Source: Bacillota bacterium (GTDB taxonomy: Bacteria > Bacillota > Clostridia > Christensenellales > CAG-138). From it: 64,000 nt of DNA. Every line of letters begins with the position of its first letter. Position 1 is the first letter of the stretch. The notes below the pieces were generated by a model. It did no database searches, was not told where the DNA came from, and saw only the letters and a list, made by a program, of their open reading frames with translations. Location: the NCBI GenBank assembly GCA_023409435.1, contig JAEYHP010000087.1:12961-76960 (forward strand), in the 5' to 3' direction. Of the stretch, positions 26,538 through 35,096 are shown piece after piece. The position numbers and the translations under genes were made by a program.

Positions 26538-27194
26538 TTATATCATGGGTTCCTGCTTGGTTTTATGGTCCACCACATGCCGTTTTTGGAGTTCTTTGAG
26601 CACTTCGCCTGGCTCAATGCCCATTTCGCACAGCAGCACCAGCATGTGGTAGGCAAGGTCGGCGGCCTCGTACACGGTCTCCTCGCGGCTGTTCTTCATG
26701 GCGCCTATGACGACCTCTGTGCATTCCTCGCCGACTTTTTTTAATATCTTCTCTTTACCCTTCTCAAATAGATATGTTGTATAGGAACCCTCTGGCATGG
26801 TTCGTTTGCGTTCGGATATCAGCCCGTAAAGGGAAGAGAACGAAAACTTTTCCGGCTTCTCCCCGTCATAGAGGGTATTGAAAAAACAGCTTTCCTCACC
26901 CGTATGGCAGGCAGGGCCGTCTTTTATGACTTCCACCGTCAGCGCGTCCAGGTCGCAATCCGCATTGATGCGCACAATATGCTGCACGTTGCCGCTCGTT
27001 TCCCCCTTGCGCCAAAGCTGCTTCCTGGAGCGGGAATAGAAGCAGGTGCGCTTTTCCTCCAAACTGATGCGCAGGCTCTCCGCGTTCATGTATGCTAACG
27101 TGAGTATCTCGCCGGTCCTATAATCCTGCACGATTGCGGGGATCAGGCCGTTTTCGTCAAACTTGAGTTCATGTAGCCACGTATCCAGTATCAT
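26538..27194 (-). CDS. hisIE: Bifunctional phosphoribosyl-AMP cyclohydrolase / phosphoribosyl-ATP pyrophosphatase
   Basis: 218 aa. HisI block (LIPAIVQDYRTGEILTLAYMN...GETSGNVQ...CH) followed by a HisE block (GSYTTYLFEKG..KILKKVGEE). Confidence 0.9.
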   Translation of the reverse strand: MILDTWLHELKFDENGLIPAIVQDYRTGEILTLAYMNAESLRISLEEKRTCFYSRSRKQLWRKGETSGNVQHIVRINADCDLDALTVEVIKDGPACHTGEESCFFNTLYDGEKPEKFSFSSLYGLISERKRTMPEGSYTTYLFEKGKEKILKKVGEECTEVVIGAMKNSREETVYEAADLAYHMLVLLCEMGIEPGEVLKELQKRHVVDHKTKQEPMI

Positions 27195-27953
27195 TTATAC
27201 CCTCATTTCCACGCCGTTGTTACGCAAATACAGTTTCAGCTCCCGAATACCGACCTCCCGGAAGTGGAATATGGAGGCCGCAAGCCCTGCGTCTACCCCG
27301 GGCACCTTCTCAAACAACTCCAGAAAATGTTCTTTGCCGCCCGCGCCGCCGCTCGCGATCACGGGGAGTTTCACCTGCGCGCAGATGGCGGAAAGAAGCG
27401 GGAGGTCAAACCCGTTTTTTATGCCGTCCGTGTCGATGCTGTTGATAACTAACTCGCCCGCGCCGTGGTCCTCGCCGTATTTCGCCCAATATAGCGCGTC
27501 CATCCCGGTATCCTCGCGCCCGCCTTTTTGAAAGACGTGGAATTCGCCGTTCACGCGCTTGACGTCCATGGATAATACTACGCACTGATCCCCGTATTTT
27601 TTCGCGGCCTCTCCAATCAGCGCCGGGTTTTTGATGGCCCCGGTGTTCACGCTGACCTTGTCCGCCCCGCATTTCAACACGCGGTCAAAATCATCCACCG
27701 TGTTGATGCTGCCGCCCACCGTCAGCGGGATGAATATCTCTTTTGCCGTACGGGTAAGCACGTCCGTAAAGAGCTTCCGCTCCTCAAAGCTTGCAGTAAT
27801 GTCGTAAAATACCAGTTCGTCCGCGCCGCTTTCGTTGTAAAACCGGGCAAGCGCCACGGGGTCTTCCACGTCTTGGATGCCTTTGAAGTTCACGCCCTTC
27901 ACCACGCGGCCCGCGCGCACGTCCAGGCAGGGGATGATGCGCTTTGTGATCAT
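27195..27953 (-). CDS. hisF: Imidazole glycerol phosphate synthase cyclase subunit
   Basis: 252 aa. The N-terminus is KRIIPCLDV, and a later block reads GAGELVINSIDTDG. Confidence 0.93.
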   Translation of the reverse strand: MITKRIIPCLDVRAGRVVKGVNFKGIQDVEDPVALARFYNESGADELVFYDITASFEERKLFTDVLTRTAKEIFIPLTVGGSINTVDDFDRVLKCGADKVSVNTGAIKNPALIGEAAKKYGDQCVVLSMDVKRVNGEFHVFQKGGREDTGMDALYWAKYGEDHGAGELVINSIDTDGIKNGFDLPLLSAICAQVKLPVIASGGAGGKEHFLELFEKVPGVDAGLAASIFHFREVGIRELKLYLRNNGVEMRV

Positions 27954-28675
27954 AGCGATTCTCCCTTCGCAATACGGATGGCGCGGGAGAGATCCAGCTT
28001 TTTCACATACAGCGCCTTGCCCAAGATCGCGCCGTATGTGCCCATATCCCGCAGCGCCGCGAGTTCATGCTCAAAGCTGATGCCGCCGGAAGCGATGATA
28101 TTCAGGCCGGTGAGTTCCCGCAGCCTGCGGTAGGCGTCCATGTTGGTGCCGCTTAGCTCCCCGTCTTTCGCAATATCCGTATAGATCACGGTAGAAACGC
28201 CCGCGTCCCGCAGGCGCTCACAGAACCCGAACGAATCGAGCCCCGTATTTTCCAGCCAGCCGGAAACGGCCATGTACCCATCCCGCGCGTCCACGCCTAC
28301 AGCGATTTTACCGCCGTAAAGCCGCACCATGGTCTCCACAAACGGGAAGTTCCGCACCGCCACCGTGCCCAGTATTATGCGGCCCACGCCAAGCTCCAGA
28401 TAGCTTTCAATGCGTTCCTGGTCTCTTATGCCGCCGCCCACCTCCACAAACAGGCCGGGAAGTCTTGCTATGGCGCGGATCACGTCAAAGTTTACGGCTT
28501 CGCCTTCCTTTGCGCCGTCCAGGTCCACCACGTGAAGGTTCGTAGCGCCCTCTTTTATAAACTGCTCCGCCGTACGAACGGGGTCGCTGCCGTATACCTG
28601 CACGTCCTCATAATCGCCCTGCCTAAGCCGCACCACCTGGCCGCCGCGGATATCGATCGCCGGGAATAGTTCCAT
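27950..28675 (-). CDS. hisA: ProFAR isomerase (1-(5-phosphoribosyl)-5-[(5-phosphoribosylamino)methylideneamino]imidazole-4-carboxamide isomerase)
   Basis: 241 aa. ELFPAIDIRGGQVVRLRQGDY...HVVDLDGAK. Confidence 0.92.
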   Translation of the reverse strand: MELFPAIDIRGGQVVRLRQGDYEDVQVYGSDPVRTAEQFIKEGATNLHVVDLDGAKEGEAVNFDVIRAIARLPGLFVEVGGGIRDQERIESYLELGVGRIILGTVAVRNFPFVETMVRLYGGKIAVGVDARDGYMAVSGWLENTGLDSFGFCERLRDAGVSTVIYTDIAKDGELSGTNMDAYRRLRELTGLNIIASGGISFEHELAALRDMGTYGAILGKALYVKKLDLSRAIRIAKGESL

Positions 28676-28687
28676 TGCCGTTTCTCC

Positions 28688-29299
28688 TTATACCTCGTAA
28701 AACGCTTTGAGTATGCCCAATCCTACGCTTCCGCTCTTTTCCGGGTGGAACTGCGTGCCGTATACGTTGCCTTTGTGCACGATACCCGGCACAAACGCGC
28801 CGTAAACGGAACCCGCCACAACGCTGTCCTCACAGCCCTTCGCATAAAAGGAGTGCACGTAATATACGTAATCCCCTTCCTTCGTGTTTGTCAAGAGCGG
28901 ATCGTCAGGCTTAACAAGACACAGGCTGTTCCAGCCGATGTGCGGCACCTTTAGATTGGCTGGAATATCCGGCGCAAGCGAATGAATGCTGCCCTTGAGG
29001 TAGCCCAGGCCCTCATGCTCGCCGTACTCATATCCGCGCTCAAAAAGCACCTGCATGCCTAAGCAAATGCCCAGCAGCGGCTTGCCGCTTTGCACCTGGC
29101 GATCCAGCACAGGAATGAGAGCATGCTCCCTGAGCTTTTCCATGGCGTCCCCGAATGCGCCCACGCCGGGCAGTATTACGCGCTCCGCCGCGTCGATTAC
29201 GTCCGGGGCCCGCGTGACGACGCTCTCTATATTCAGATGCGCAAGCGACCCGCTTAACGAAAACAGGTTGCCCACGCCGTAGTCGATGATGGCGATCAT
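28688..29299 (-). CDS. hisH: Imidazole glycerol phosphate synthase glutaminase subunit
   Basis: ATG 29299 (MIAIIDYGVGNLFS) after AAGGAG. Contains GICLGMQ (catalytic Cys) and the later FHPEKS block. The 47-codon upstream extension in the ORF track covers an intergenic palindrome. Confidence 0.92.
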   Translation of the reverse strand: MIAIIDYGVGNLFSLSGSLAHLNIESVVTRAPDVIDAAERVILPGVGAFGDAMEKLREHALIPVLDRQVQSGKPLLGICLGMQVLFERGYEYGEHEGLGYLKGSIHSLAPDIPANLKVPHIGWNSLCLVKPDDPLLTNTKEGDYVYYVHSFYAKGCEDSVVAGSVYGAFVPGIVHKGNVYGTQFHPEKSGSVGLGILKAFYEV

Positions 29300-29352
29300 A
29301 TGGCGCTCCTTTACTTCTGCGTAGAACGATAATACCGCGTAGGTTTTCTTTT

Positions 29353-29382
29353 GCTCCTTTTCTTTTGCAAAAGAAAAGGAGC
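29353..29382. repeat. Perfect 30-nt polypyrimidine/polypurine palindrome in the hisB-hisH spacer
   Basis: GCTCCTTTTCTTTTGCAAAAGAAAAGGAGC is its own reverse complement. Related in arm composition to 50332-50362. Confidence 0.6.
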
Positions 29383-29387
29383 GTTCC

Positions 29388-29978
29388 TCATTCCAAAATC
29401 CCCTTCGTGGACGGAATCTCATCCGCGTGATCTTTGTCAACAGCGGTCGCCTGCCTCAGTGCGCGGCCTAATCCTTTAAACGCGGCCTCTATGATATGGT
29501 GGGAATTTGTGCCCGCAAGCTGCTTCACATGCAGCGTCAGGCTCATGCTGCGGCAAAAGCCCAATAAGAATTCCTCCACCAGTTCCGTATCAAATTCCCC
29601 GACCTTTTGCGTGGGGATACTTAGACCGTAACTCAAATGTGCGCGTCCGCTGATATCGAGGGCTACGAGCACAAGCGCTTCGTCCATGGGCAGCAGAAAA
29701 CTCCCGTAGCGCACGATGCCGCGCTTATCCCCCAGCGCTTCCCGGAAAGCTTGACCTAAACAGATGCCGATGTCCTCCACGGAGTGGTGGCTATCCACCA
29801 CGAGATCTCCGTTGCAGGTAACATCGAGGTCAAAGCTTCCGTGGCGGGCGAAGAGCGTGAGCATATGGTCCAGAAAACCGATGCCGGTGGAGATAACGCT
29901 TTTCCCCACGCCATCCAGATAGAGGGTCAGTGAAATATCCGTTTCCGCGGTTTTGCGGGTGATAACGCTTGTTCTCAT
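29388..29978 (-). CDS. hisB: Imidazoleglycerol-phosphate dehydratase
   Basis: 196 aa. RKTAETDISL...GIGFLDHML...DSHHSVEDIGI...NSHHIIEA. Confidence 0.93.
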   Translation of the reverse strand: MRTSVITRKTAETDISLTLYLDGVGKSVISTGIGFLDHMLTLFARHGSFDLDVTCNGDLVVDSHHSVEDIGICLGQAFREALGDKRGIVRYGSFLLPMDEALVLVALDISGRAHLSYGLSIPTQKVGEFDTELVEEFLLGFCRSMSLTLHVKQLAGTNSHHIIEAAFKGLGRALRQATAVDKDHADEIPSTKGILE

Positions 29979-31046
29979 CTATCGCTCCTCCAACCATAAT
30001 TCATCTGTCGCCTGCAATAGCCGTTGCATTTGCTCTTTCGTGCCGATGGTGATGCGCACATAATCGCGGATGCGATCCTGTGAGAAATGCCGAACCAGCA
30101 CGCCCTTTTCCTTGAGCTTTTGGTAATACGTTTCGCCGCCCATGCGGCAAGGATTTGCGAACACGAAGTTTGCGTAAGACGGCAGCACTGTAAAGCCACG
30201 CTTTTTGAGTTCCCCCGCGGTGTACGCCCGAACCTCCTGTATGGCTTTTGTACAGCCCGCAAAATACTTCGTATCCGCTATGGCGGCTTCAGCCGCGAGC
30301 AGGGAGAGGCGGTTGAGGTTGTAGGGGTTGAAGGAAAATTTCATGGAATTGAGGTCGGAAATCAGCGCCTTGTTCGCTATGGCAAAGCCGATGCGCGCGC
30401 CGGCTAACGAACGGGATTTGGACATGGTCTGCACCACCACAAGGTTTTCGTACGAATGGACGAGTTTTACCGCACTCTCCGCGCCGAAATCCACATACGC
30501 CTCATCGATCACCACAACATGCTCCGGGTTGGCTTTTAGGATGCTTTCAATGGCGTCAAGGCCGATCGCCATACCGGTGGGCGCGTTGGGGTTGGCGATG
30601 AATACGGTGCCGCCCGCCGGGCGGTAATCCGCCGGGTCAAGCCGGAACTCGTCATCCAAAGGAACAATGATGGATGGCACGCCGTAGATGCGCGCGAACA
30701 CCTTGTAAAACCCGTAGGTGATGTCGGCGTAGCAGGCGGGGGTATCCGTGTCGCAGAAGGCCTGAAAGCAGAAGGCAAGGATTTCGTCCGAGCCGTTGCC
30801 CAGCAGCACCTCGCGTTCGGTTACGCCATAGTAGCCTGCGATTGCTTTCACGGCCCTTCGCGTATCCGGGTCCGGATAGAGGTTGAGCCTTTCTGTTTCC
30901 GCGCGGGAGACGGCCTCCAACACCCCAGGCGAAGGTGGGAAGGGGCTTTCATTGGTGTTCAGCTTGACATACTGCCTATTTTGGGGCTGCTCGCCAGGTA
31001 CATAGGGCTGCATTCCCGCAAAGCGTGCGCTTAAAAACTTGCTCAT
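29979..31046 (-). CDS. hisC: Histidinol-phosphate aminotransferase
   Basis: 355 aa class-II aminotransferase. NTNESPFPP near the N-terminus and the PLP-lysine block QTMSKSRSLAGARIG. Confidence 0.9.
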   Translation of the reverse strand: MSKFLSARFAGMQPYVPGEQPQNRQYVKLNTNESPFPPSPGVLEAVSRAETERLNLYPDPDTRRAVKAIAGYYGVTEREVLLGNGSDEILAFCFQAFCDTDTPACYADITYGFYKVFARIYGVPSIIVPLDDEFRLDPADYRPAGGTVFIANPNAPTGMAIGLDAIESILKANPEHVVVIDEAYVDFGAESAVKLVHSYENLVVVQTMSKSRSLAGARIGFAIANKALISDLNSMKFSFNPYNLNRLSLLAAEAAIADTKYFAGCTKAIQEVRAYTAGELKKRGFTVLPSYANFVFANPCRMGGETYYQKLKEKGVLVRHFSQDRIRDYVRITIGTKEQMQRLLQATDELWLEER

Positions 31047-32351
31047 TTATTCCTCGCCATCCTCGTCCCCGTCTTCATCGAAGTCAAACCGCATGCTGAT
31101 ACTTTTTGCATGCGCATCCAAACCCTCGTTCTGCGCAAAGAACACGATCTGTTCCTGTACCTCGCGAAGCGCCTCCTTGCTGTAGTAGACAAAGGAGGAT
31201 TTTTTGATAAAGTCGTCCACCGAAAGCGGGGAAGCGAATTTTGCCGCGCCATTGGTGGGCAGTGTGTGGTTGGGGCCTGCAAAGTAATCGCCCAGCGCTT
31301 CGGGGGCATAATGGCCCAGGAACACGCTGCCCGCGTGGCGGATGAGCGCAAGCAGCGCAAACGGGTCTTCCACGCACAGCTCCAGATGTTCAGGGGCGAT
31401 TTCGTTGCTCCATTCCGCGGCCTCCCGCAGGGAGGAGAGCACCACGATGCGCCCGTGATCCAGTATGGATTTTTCGGCGATCACGCGGCGGGGCAGCAGG
31501 TAGAGCTGCCTTGCGACCTCGCTCTGCACGGCAAGGGCAAGCTGCTCGCTGGTGGTCAGCAGTATGGCCGCCGCCATAGGATCGTGCTCGGCCTGGGAAA
31601 GCAAGTCCGCCGCCACAAAGAACGGGTCCGCGCTGTCGTCTGCAATCACCAATATCTCGCTCGGGCCCGCCACCATATCGATATCCACCAGCCCGTACAC
31701 CTGCCGCTTGGCGGTGGCCACGTACATGTTGCCAGGACCGGTGATTTTATCCACCCTCGGAATGCTCTGTGTTCCGTAGGCCAGCGCGGCGATCGCCTGC
31801 GCTCCGCCCACCTTATATACCTTGTCCACCCCCGCGATATACGCCGCTGCGAGTATGGGCGCTGCAATGGAACCGTCCGGGGCGGGCGGGGTGACCATGA
31901 CGATCTCCTTCACGCCCGCGATTTTGGCTGGTATGGCGTTCATCAGCACGGTACTTGGGTAACTTGCGGTACCGCCGGGGATGTAGATACCCACGCGATC
32001 GAGAGGCAGGATGCGCTGGCCCAAAAGCACGCCTTCCCGCTCGGACATGACAAATCCTTCCTGTTTCTGCTTCTGGTGGAAGGCGCGGATGTTTTCCGCC
32101 GCCTGCCGCATGGTGAACAGCAGCCGGGAATCGGTTTTAGAAAGCGCCGCCTTGATTTCCGCTTCCGTCACTGCAAGGGCGGATAATTCCGCATGGTCAA
32201 ATTTCAGGCAATATTTTTTAACTGCATCGTCGCCGTTTTCCTTTACGTCCGCGAGTATGTCCCTTACGGTTTGTTCCGCCTTATCGTATTCCATGCCGTA
32301 GCGGGGCCGAAGCTCCTCGGGCGTTATGCCGGAACTGTGTAAAAGCTTCAT
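31047..32351 (-). CDS. hisD: Histidinol dehydrogenase
   Basis: 434 aa. GVYIPGGTASYPSTVLM, SQAEHD, and NHTLPTNG blocks. The C-terminus is acidic. Confidence 0.93.
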   Translation of the reverse strand: MKLLHSSGITPEELRPRYGMEYDKAEQTVRDILADVKENGDDAVKKYCLKFDHAELSALAVTEAEIKAALSKTDSRLLFTMRQAAENIRAFHQKQKQEGFVMSEREGVLLGQRILPLDRVGIYIPGGTASYPSTVLMNAIPAKIAGVKEIVMVTPPAPDGSIAAPILAAAYIAGVDKVYKVGGAQAIAALAYGTQSIPRVDKITGPGNMYVATAKRQVYGLVDIDMVAGPSEILVIADDSADPFFVAADLLSQAEHDPMAAAILLTTSEQLALAVQSEVARQLYLLPRRVIAEKSILDHGRIVVLSSLREAAEWSNEIAPEHLELCVEDPFALLALIRHAGSVFLGHYAPEALGDYFAGPNHTLPTNGAAKFASPLSVDDFIKKSSFVYYSKEALREVQEQIVFFAQNEGLDAHAKSISMRFDFDEDGDEDGEE

Positions 32352-32974
32352 TCGTTTCCCACCGCCTTTTTGAGCGCATCCGCCATGCGCGTGATTTCTT
32401 CCTGCCGGAACTGGTAGCTTCGTTTGTTCGCGATCAGCCGCGCGCTGCTAACTGCGATATGTTCAAACACCCGCAGGTTGTTTTCCTTCAACGTTTTGCC
32501 CGTCTCCACAATGTCCACAATCACGTCCGAAAGGCCGAGTAGGGGCGCAAGCTCTATGGAGCCGTTCAATTTAATGATCTCAATCTCCCGGTCGCGGCTC
32601 TGGTAGTATTTCCTGGCCATATGCGGGTATTTTGTGGCCACGCGCACCACCGCGCCGAGATCGTCCTCATATTCGTTTGGCGCGGCAACAGCCAGTTCGC
32701 ATTTGCCCAGGCCCAGGTCAAGCAGCTCATATACCTCCGGCTCTGTTTCTAAAAGAACATCCTTGCCCACCACACCGATATCCGCGGCGCCCCGTTCCAC
32801 GTAGATTGCGACGTCTGCGGGCTTGATCAAAAGATAGCGCACGCCAGAACGTTCGTCCTCAAACACCAGCTTGCGGCTTTCATCTGATAGCCCGGCACAG
32901 TCGTAGCCCAGGGAGGAAAACAGCTTGTATACGCGGTCTCCCAGTCGGCCCTTGGGCAGCGCAATGTTGATCAT
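32348..32974 (-). CDS. hisG: ATP phosphoribosyltransferase, short (HisZ-dependent) form
   Basis: 208 aa. It begins INIALPKGRL and later contains the block DIVETGKTLKENNL. It lacks the C-terminal regulatory domain. Confidence 0.92.
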   Translation of the reverse strand: MINIALPKGRLGDRVYKLFSSLGYDCAGLSDESRKLVFEDERSGVRYLLIKPADVAIYVERGAADIGVVGKDVLLETEPEVYELLDLGLGKCELAVAAPNEYEDDLGAVVRVATKYPHMARKYYQSRDREIEIIKLNGSIELAPLLGLSDVIVDIVETGKTLKENNLRVFEHIAVSSARLIANKRSYQFRQEEITRMADALKKAVGNE

Positions 32975-34095
32975 AACGCCACCTCCGCAAGCTGGGTTCC
33001 CTCTATTCGGTATACCTTTGCGTTACCTATCTCGTCGGGAAGAGCGGTCAGCGCGCAGACCCGCAGGTTCTTTTTTGTGAGTTGATCAATTGCCTGGTAG
33101 AGCGCTACTAGGTCCGTATTCTCCCCGTAAAGCAATATTGCGTCGTATTTGTTCTGCGCGGGCTGCCGGAAGTAGCGGTCGATCTCATCAAATGAGATGC
33201 CAAAGCCGATGGCCGCGAGATTTTCTTTGCCCATGCGTTTGAGCAGCAGGTCGTACCGCCCGCCGGAAAGCACCGCGCGCGGCACGCTTTTGACAAATCC
33301 GCGGAACGTCAGCCCGTTGTAATAGTTCGAATCGTTCGTGATCGAAAAATCCAGCCGCAGTGCCTGCGCGTTGCCCGCCGAGGCGAATACGCTATAGAGT
33401 GTGTCCAATTCGCTGAGTGCGTCCCGCATAGCCGCGTTGACGGCCAGCGGACATGCTTCCCTAAGCGCGCTTCCCATCGGCCCGCTCACACGGATCAACT
33501 GCTCAAGCAGGGTGATTTCTTTCGCGTCAATGCCGTATTCACGCGCGATGGAGGCTAGTTCGTGCGCGTTTTTGCCCTCCAGGCAGCGTATCAGCGCTTT
33601 TTTCGCTTCCGCGGGGGCGTCGATTGCGGAAAAGAAGCCCGTCAAAAACCCCATGTGGGAGATATCCAGCACATAGTCATTTTCGATCAGCGCAAGGCTT
33701 TTTAATGCGAGGTCTATAAGCTCGATATCCGTATACGGCGTCACAGAGCCGATGTATTCGACGCCGACCTGAAATATTTCCTTGTATTCGCGTACCTCGC
33801 GGCTTTGCCGGTAGACGCTTTCGCTGTAATAGAGCCGCTCCGGGCTTTCCGCCGTGGCGCGCGTGTTTTTGACGATGCTCATGGTGACATCGGGCTTTAG
33901 CGCCATCAGCTTGCCGTTCAAATCTGTGAACGTGATGATCTGCGCACTGCTTAAAAAATCCCGGTGGTCCACGTAAAAATCGTATTCTTCAAATTTGCCC
34001 ATGCGAAAGTTCCGGTAGCCACGGCTTTCATACAAGTTCCGCAGCAAGTACGCGGTGCGTTCGCTTTTGCGCAATGAATTCAGTTTCAGTTCCAA
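32971..34095 (-). CDS. hisZ: ATP phosphoribosyltransferase regulatory subunit (HisRS paralog)
   Basis: 374 aa with a class-II aaRS-like core. TTG start after GAAGGAG. First gene of the his operon, overlapping hisG by 4 nt. Confidence 0.85.
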   Translation of the reverse strand: MELKLNSLRKSERTAYLLRNLYESRGYRNFRMGKFEEYDFYVDHRDFLSSAQIITFTDLNGKLMALKPDVTMSIVKNTRATAESPERLYYSESVYRQSREVREYKEIFQVGVEYIGSVTPYTDIELIDLALKSLALIENDYVLDISHMGFLTGFFSAIDAPAEAKKALIRCLEGKNAHELASIAREYGIDAKEITLLEQLIRVSGPMGSALREACPLAVNAAMRDALSELDTLYSVFASAGNAQALRLDFSITNDSNYYNGLTFRGFVKSVPRAVLSGGRYDLLLKRMGKENLAAIGFGISFDEIDRYFRQPAQNKYDAILLYGENTDLVALYQAIDQLTKKNLRVCALTALPDEIGNAKVYRIEGTQLAEVAL

Positions 34096-34128
34096 GCGAT
34101 ATTCTCCTTCCGTGTTTCCCTGTTGGCT

Positions 34129-34157
34129 AGTATACTCTGCTTTCGCGCGGTAGTCAA
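34129..34157 (-). promoter_or_regulatory. Sigma-A-like promoter of the his operon
   Basis: TTGACT, 17 nt, then TATACT, about 35 nt upstream of the hisZ start. Confidence 0.5.
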
Positions 34158-34218
34158 GTAGCGTGCTAAAGCGAGGAAGTAATCTTTATATATCTATCAT
34201 ACCATACGGAGCAACCCG

Positions 34219-34248
34219 CAAAAAACAAAAAACCCGCATTTCTGCGGG
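34219..34248 (-). terminator. Intrinsic terminator upstream of the his promoter (ends an unannotated unit)
   Basis: On the minus strand, CCCGCA-GAAA-UGCGGG followed by UUUUUUGUUUUUUG. Confidence 0.55.
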
Positions 34249-34418
34249 CGGAGCTGTAAAAAGGTGTACATATGTTTCGCTCCCGCGGTGGCGCCTTAGC
34301 GGTGGGAAGCGCCTAGGCCCAGGCTTGCGGGCCGTCACGGAATTTGTTTCATAACGGGAAGGGCTCCACTACGGCCGTTCTTAAGGAAAGGGGGTGGGGG
34401 AAACGCAGTTTCCCCCAC

Positions 34419-34450
34419 AATAAAAATTCACGTCGGCGCTGTAAGCGCCG
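34419..34450 (-). terminator. Terminator of the pit-DUF47 operon
   Basis: On the minus strand, UCGGCGC-UUACA-GCGCCGA, then GUGAAUUUUUAUU. It begins 13 nt after the DUF47 stop. Confidence 0.55.
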
Positions 34451-34462
34451 ATACCTGGTTTC

Positions 34463-35077
34463 TTATGTCTTCGTGATAATGATACTTTCCACGCAGTTGG
34501 CTACGTCCTCGCAGTCGTCCAGCGCGTTTTCAAGCTCGTCATACACCTTGTGGAGCTTCATCAGCGCAATGGGATCCTTCTCATGCGTGAAAAGTTCCCG
34601 CAGCGCTTCCTTGTAGCAGCGGTCGCCGACCTCCTCGATGCGGTTGATATCGATAATCAGCTCGTAGAGCCGGTTGCTCTTTTTTCCGCGGTGCAGTTCG
34701 CTCATCAGCTGTGCAAGCTCTTCGCAGGCCTTGACGATGAGGTCGGCCATGGTGCGCATGGGAGTGGTGACTTCCGTCACGTTCATCATCCACAGGTTGG
34801 CCGCCACGGAATCGATGCTGTCTATGATATCATCCGTTTCCTTTGCGATCTGGTAAATATCGTCGCGGTCGATTGGCGTAATGAACGCTACATTGAGATA
34901 TTCGCAGACGGTGTGCATGTGGGAGTCCGCGTCCTGCTCTGTCTTTTTGATGGCGGCGAACTCCTCTTCGAGCAGCCGGTTTTCATCCAGCAGCTTCTGA
35001 AGGGCCTTCGCGCCCTTTAAGCAGAAGGCGATGCCCTGCTCGAACATATCGTAGTAATTCAAATCTTTCTTTGCCAT
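34463..35077 (-). CDS. DUF47 family protein (PhoU-like, Pit accessory protein)
   Basis: 204 aa all-helical protein. MAKKDLNYYDMFEQ... is typical of YkaA/TIGR00153. It is adjacent to a PiT transporter. Confidence 0.8.
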   Translation of the reverse strand: MAKKDLNYYDMFEQGIAFCLKGAKALQKLLDENRLLEEEFAAIKKTEQDADSHMHTVCEYLNVAFITPIDRDDIYQIAKETDDIIDSIDSVAANLWMMNVTEVTTPMRTMADLIVKACEELAQLMSELHRGKKSNRLYELIIDINRIEEVGDRCYKEALRELFTHEKDPIALMKLHKVYDELENALDDCEDVANCVESIIITKT

Positions 35078-35096
35078 ACCTAATCTCCCTTAGAAT

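Noticed and set aside
29300-29440. 47-codon N-terminal extension of hisH overlapping the hisB 3' end
   Set aside because: The extension translates the 30-nt palindrome (…FAKEKEQKK…). MIAIIDYGVGN at 29299, with an AAGGAG SD, is the canonical HisH start.
31110-32186. 358-aa ORF on the + strand
   Set aside because: It is antisense to hisD inside a tightly packed his operon. Arg/His/Gly-rich artefact.
34250-34330. Possible histidine T-box leader upstream of hisZ (the minus strand reads AAGGCGCCACCGCGGGAG next to a terminator)
   Set aside because: The segment only partly resembles the T-box consensus (GGGUGGUACCGCG). The UGGN bulge needed to pair with the tRNA NCCA end is replaced by GCGC. I see no Stem I GA, AGUA or specifier features, and a separate promoter lies between this terminator and hisZ. 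I keep it as an unknown structured unit instead.
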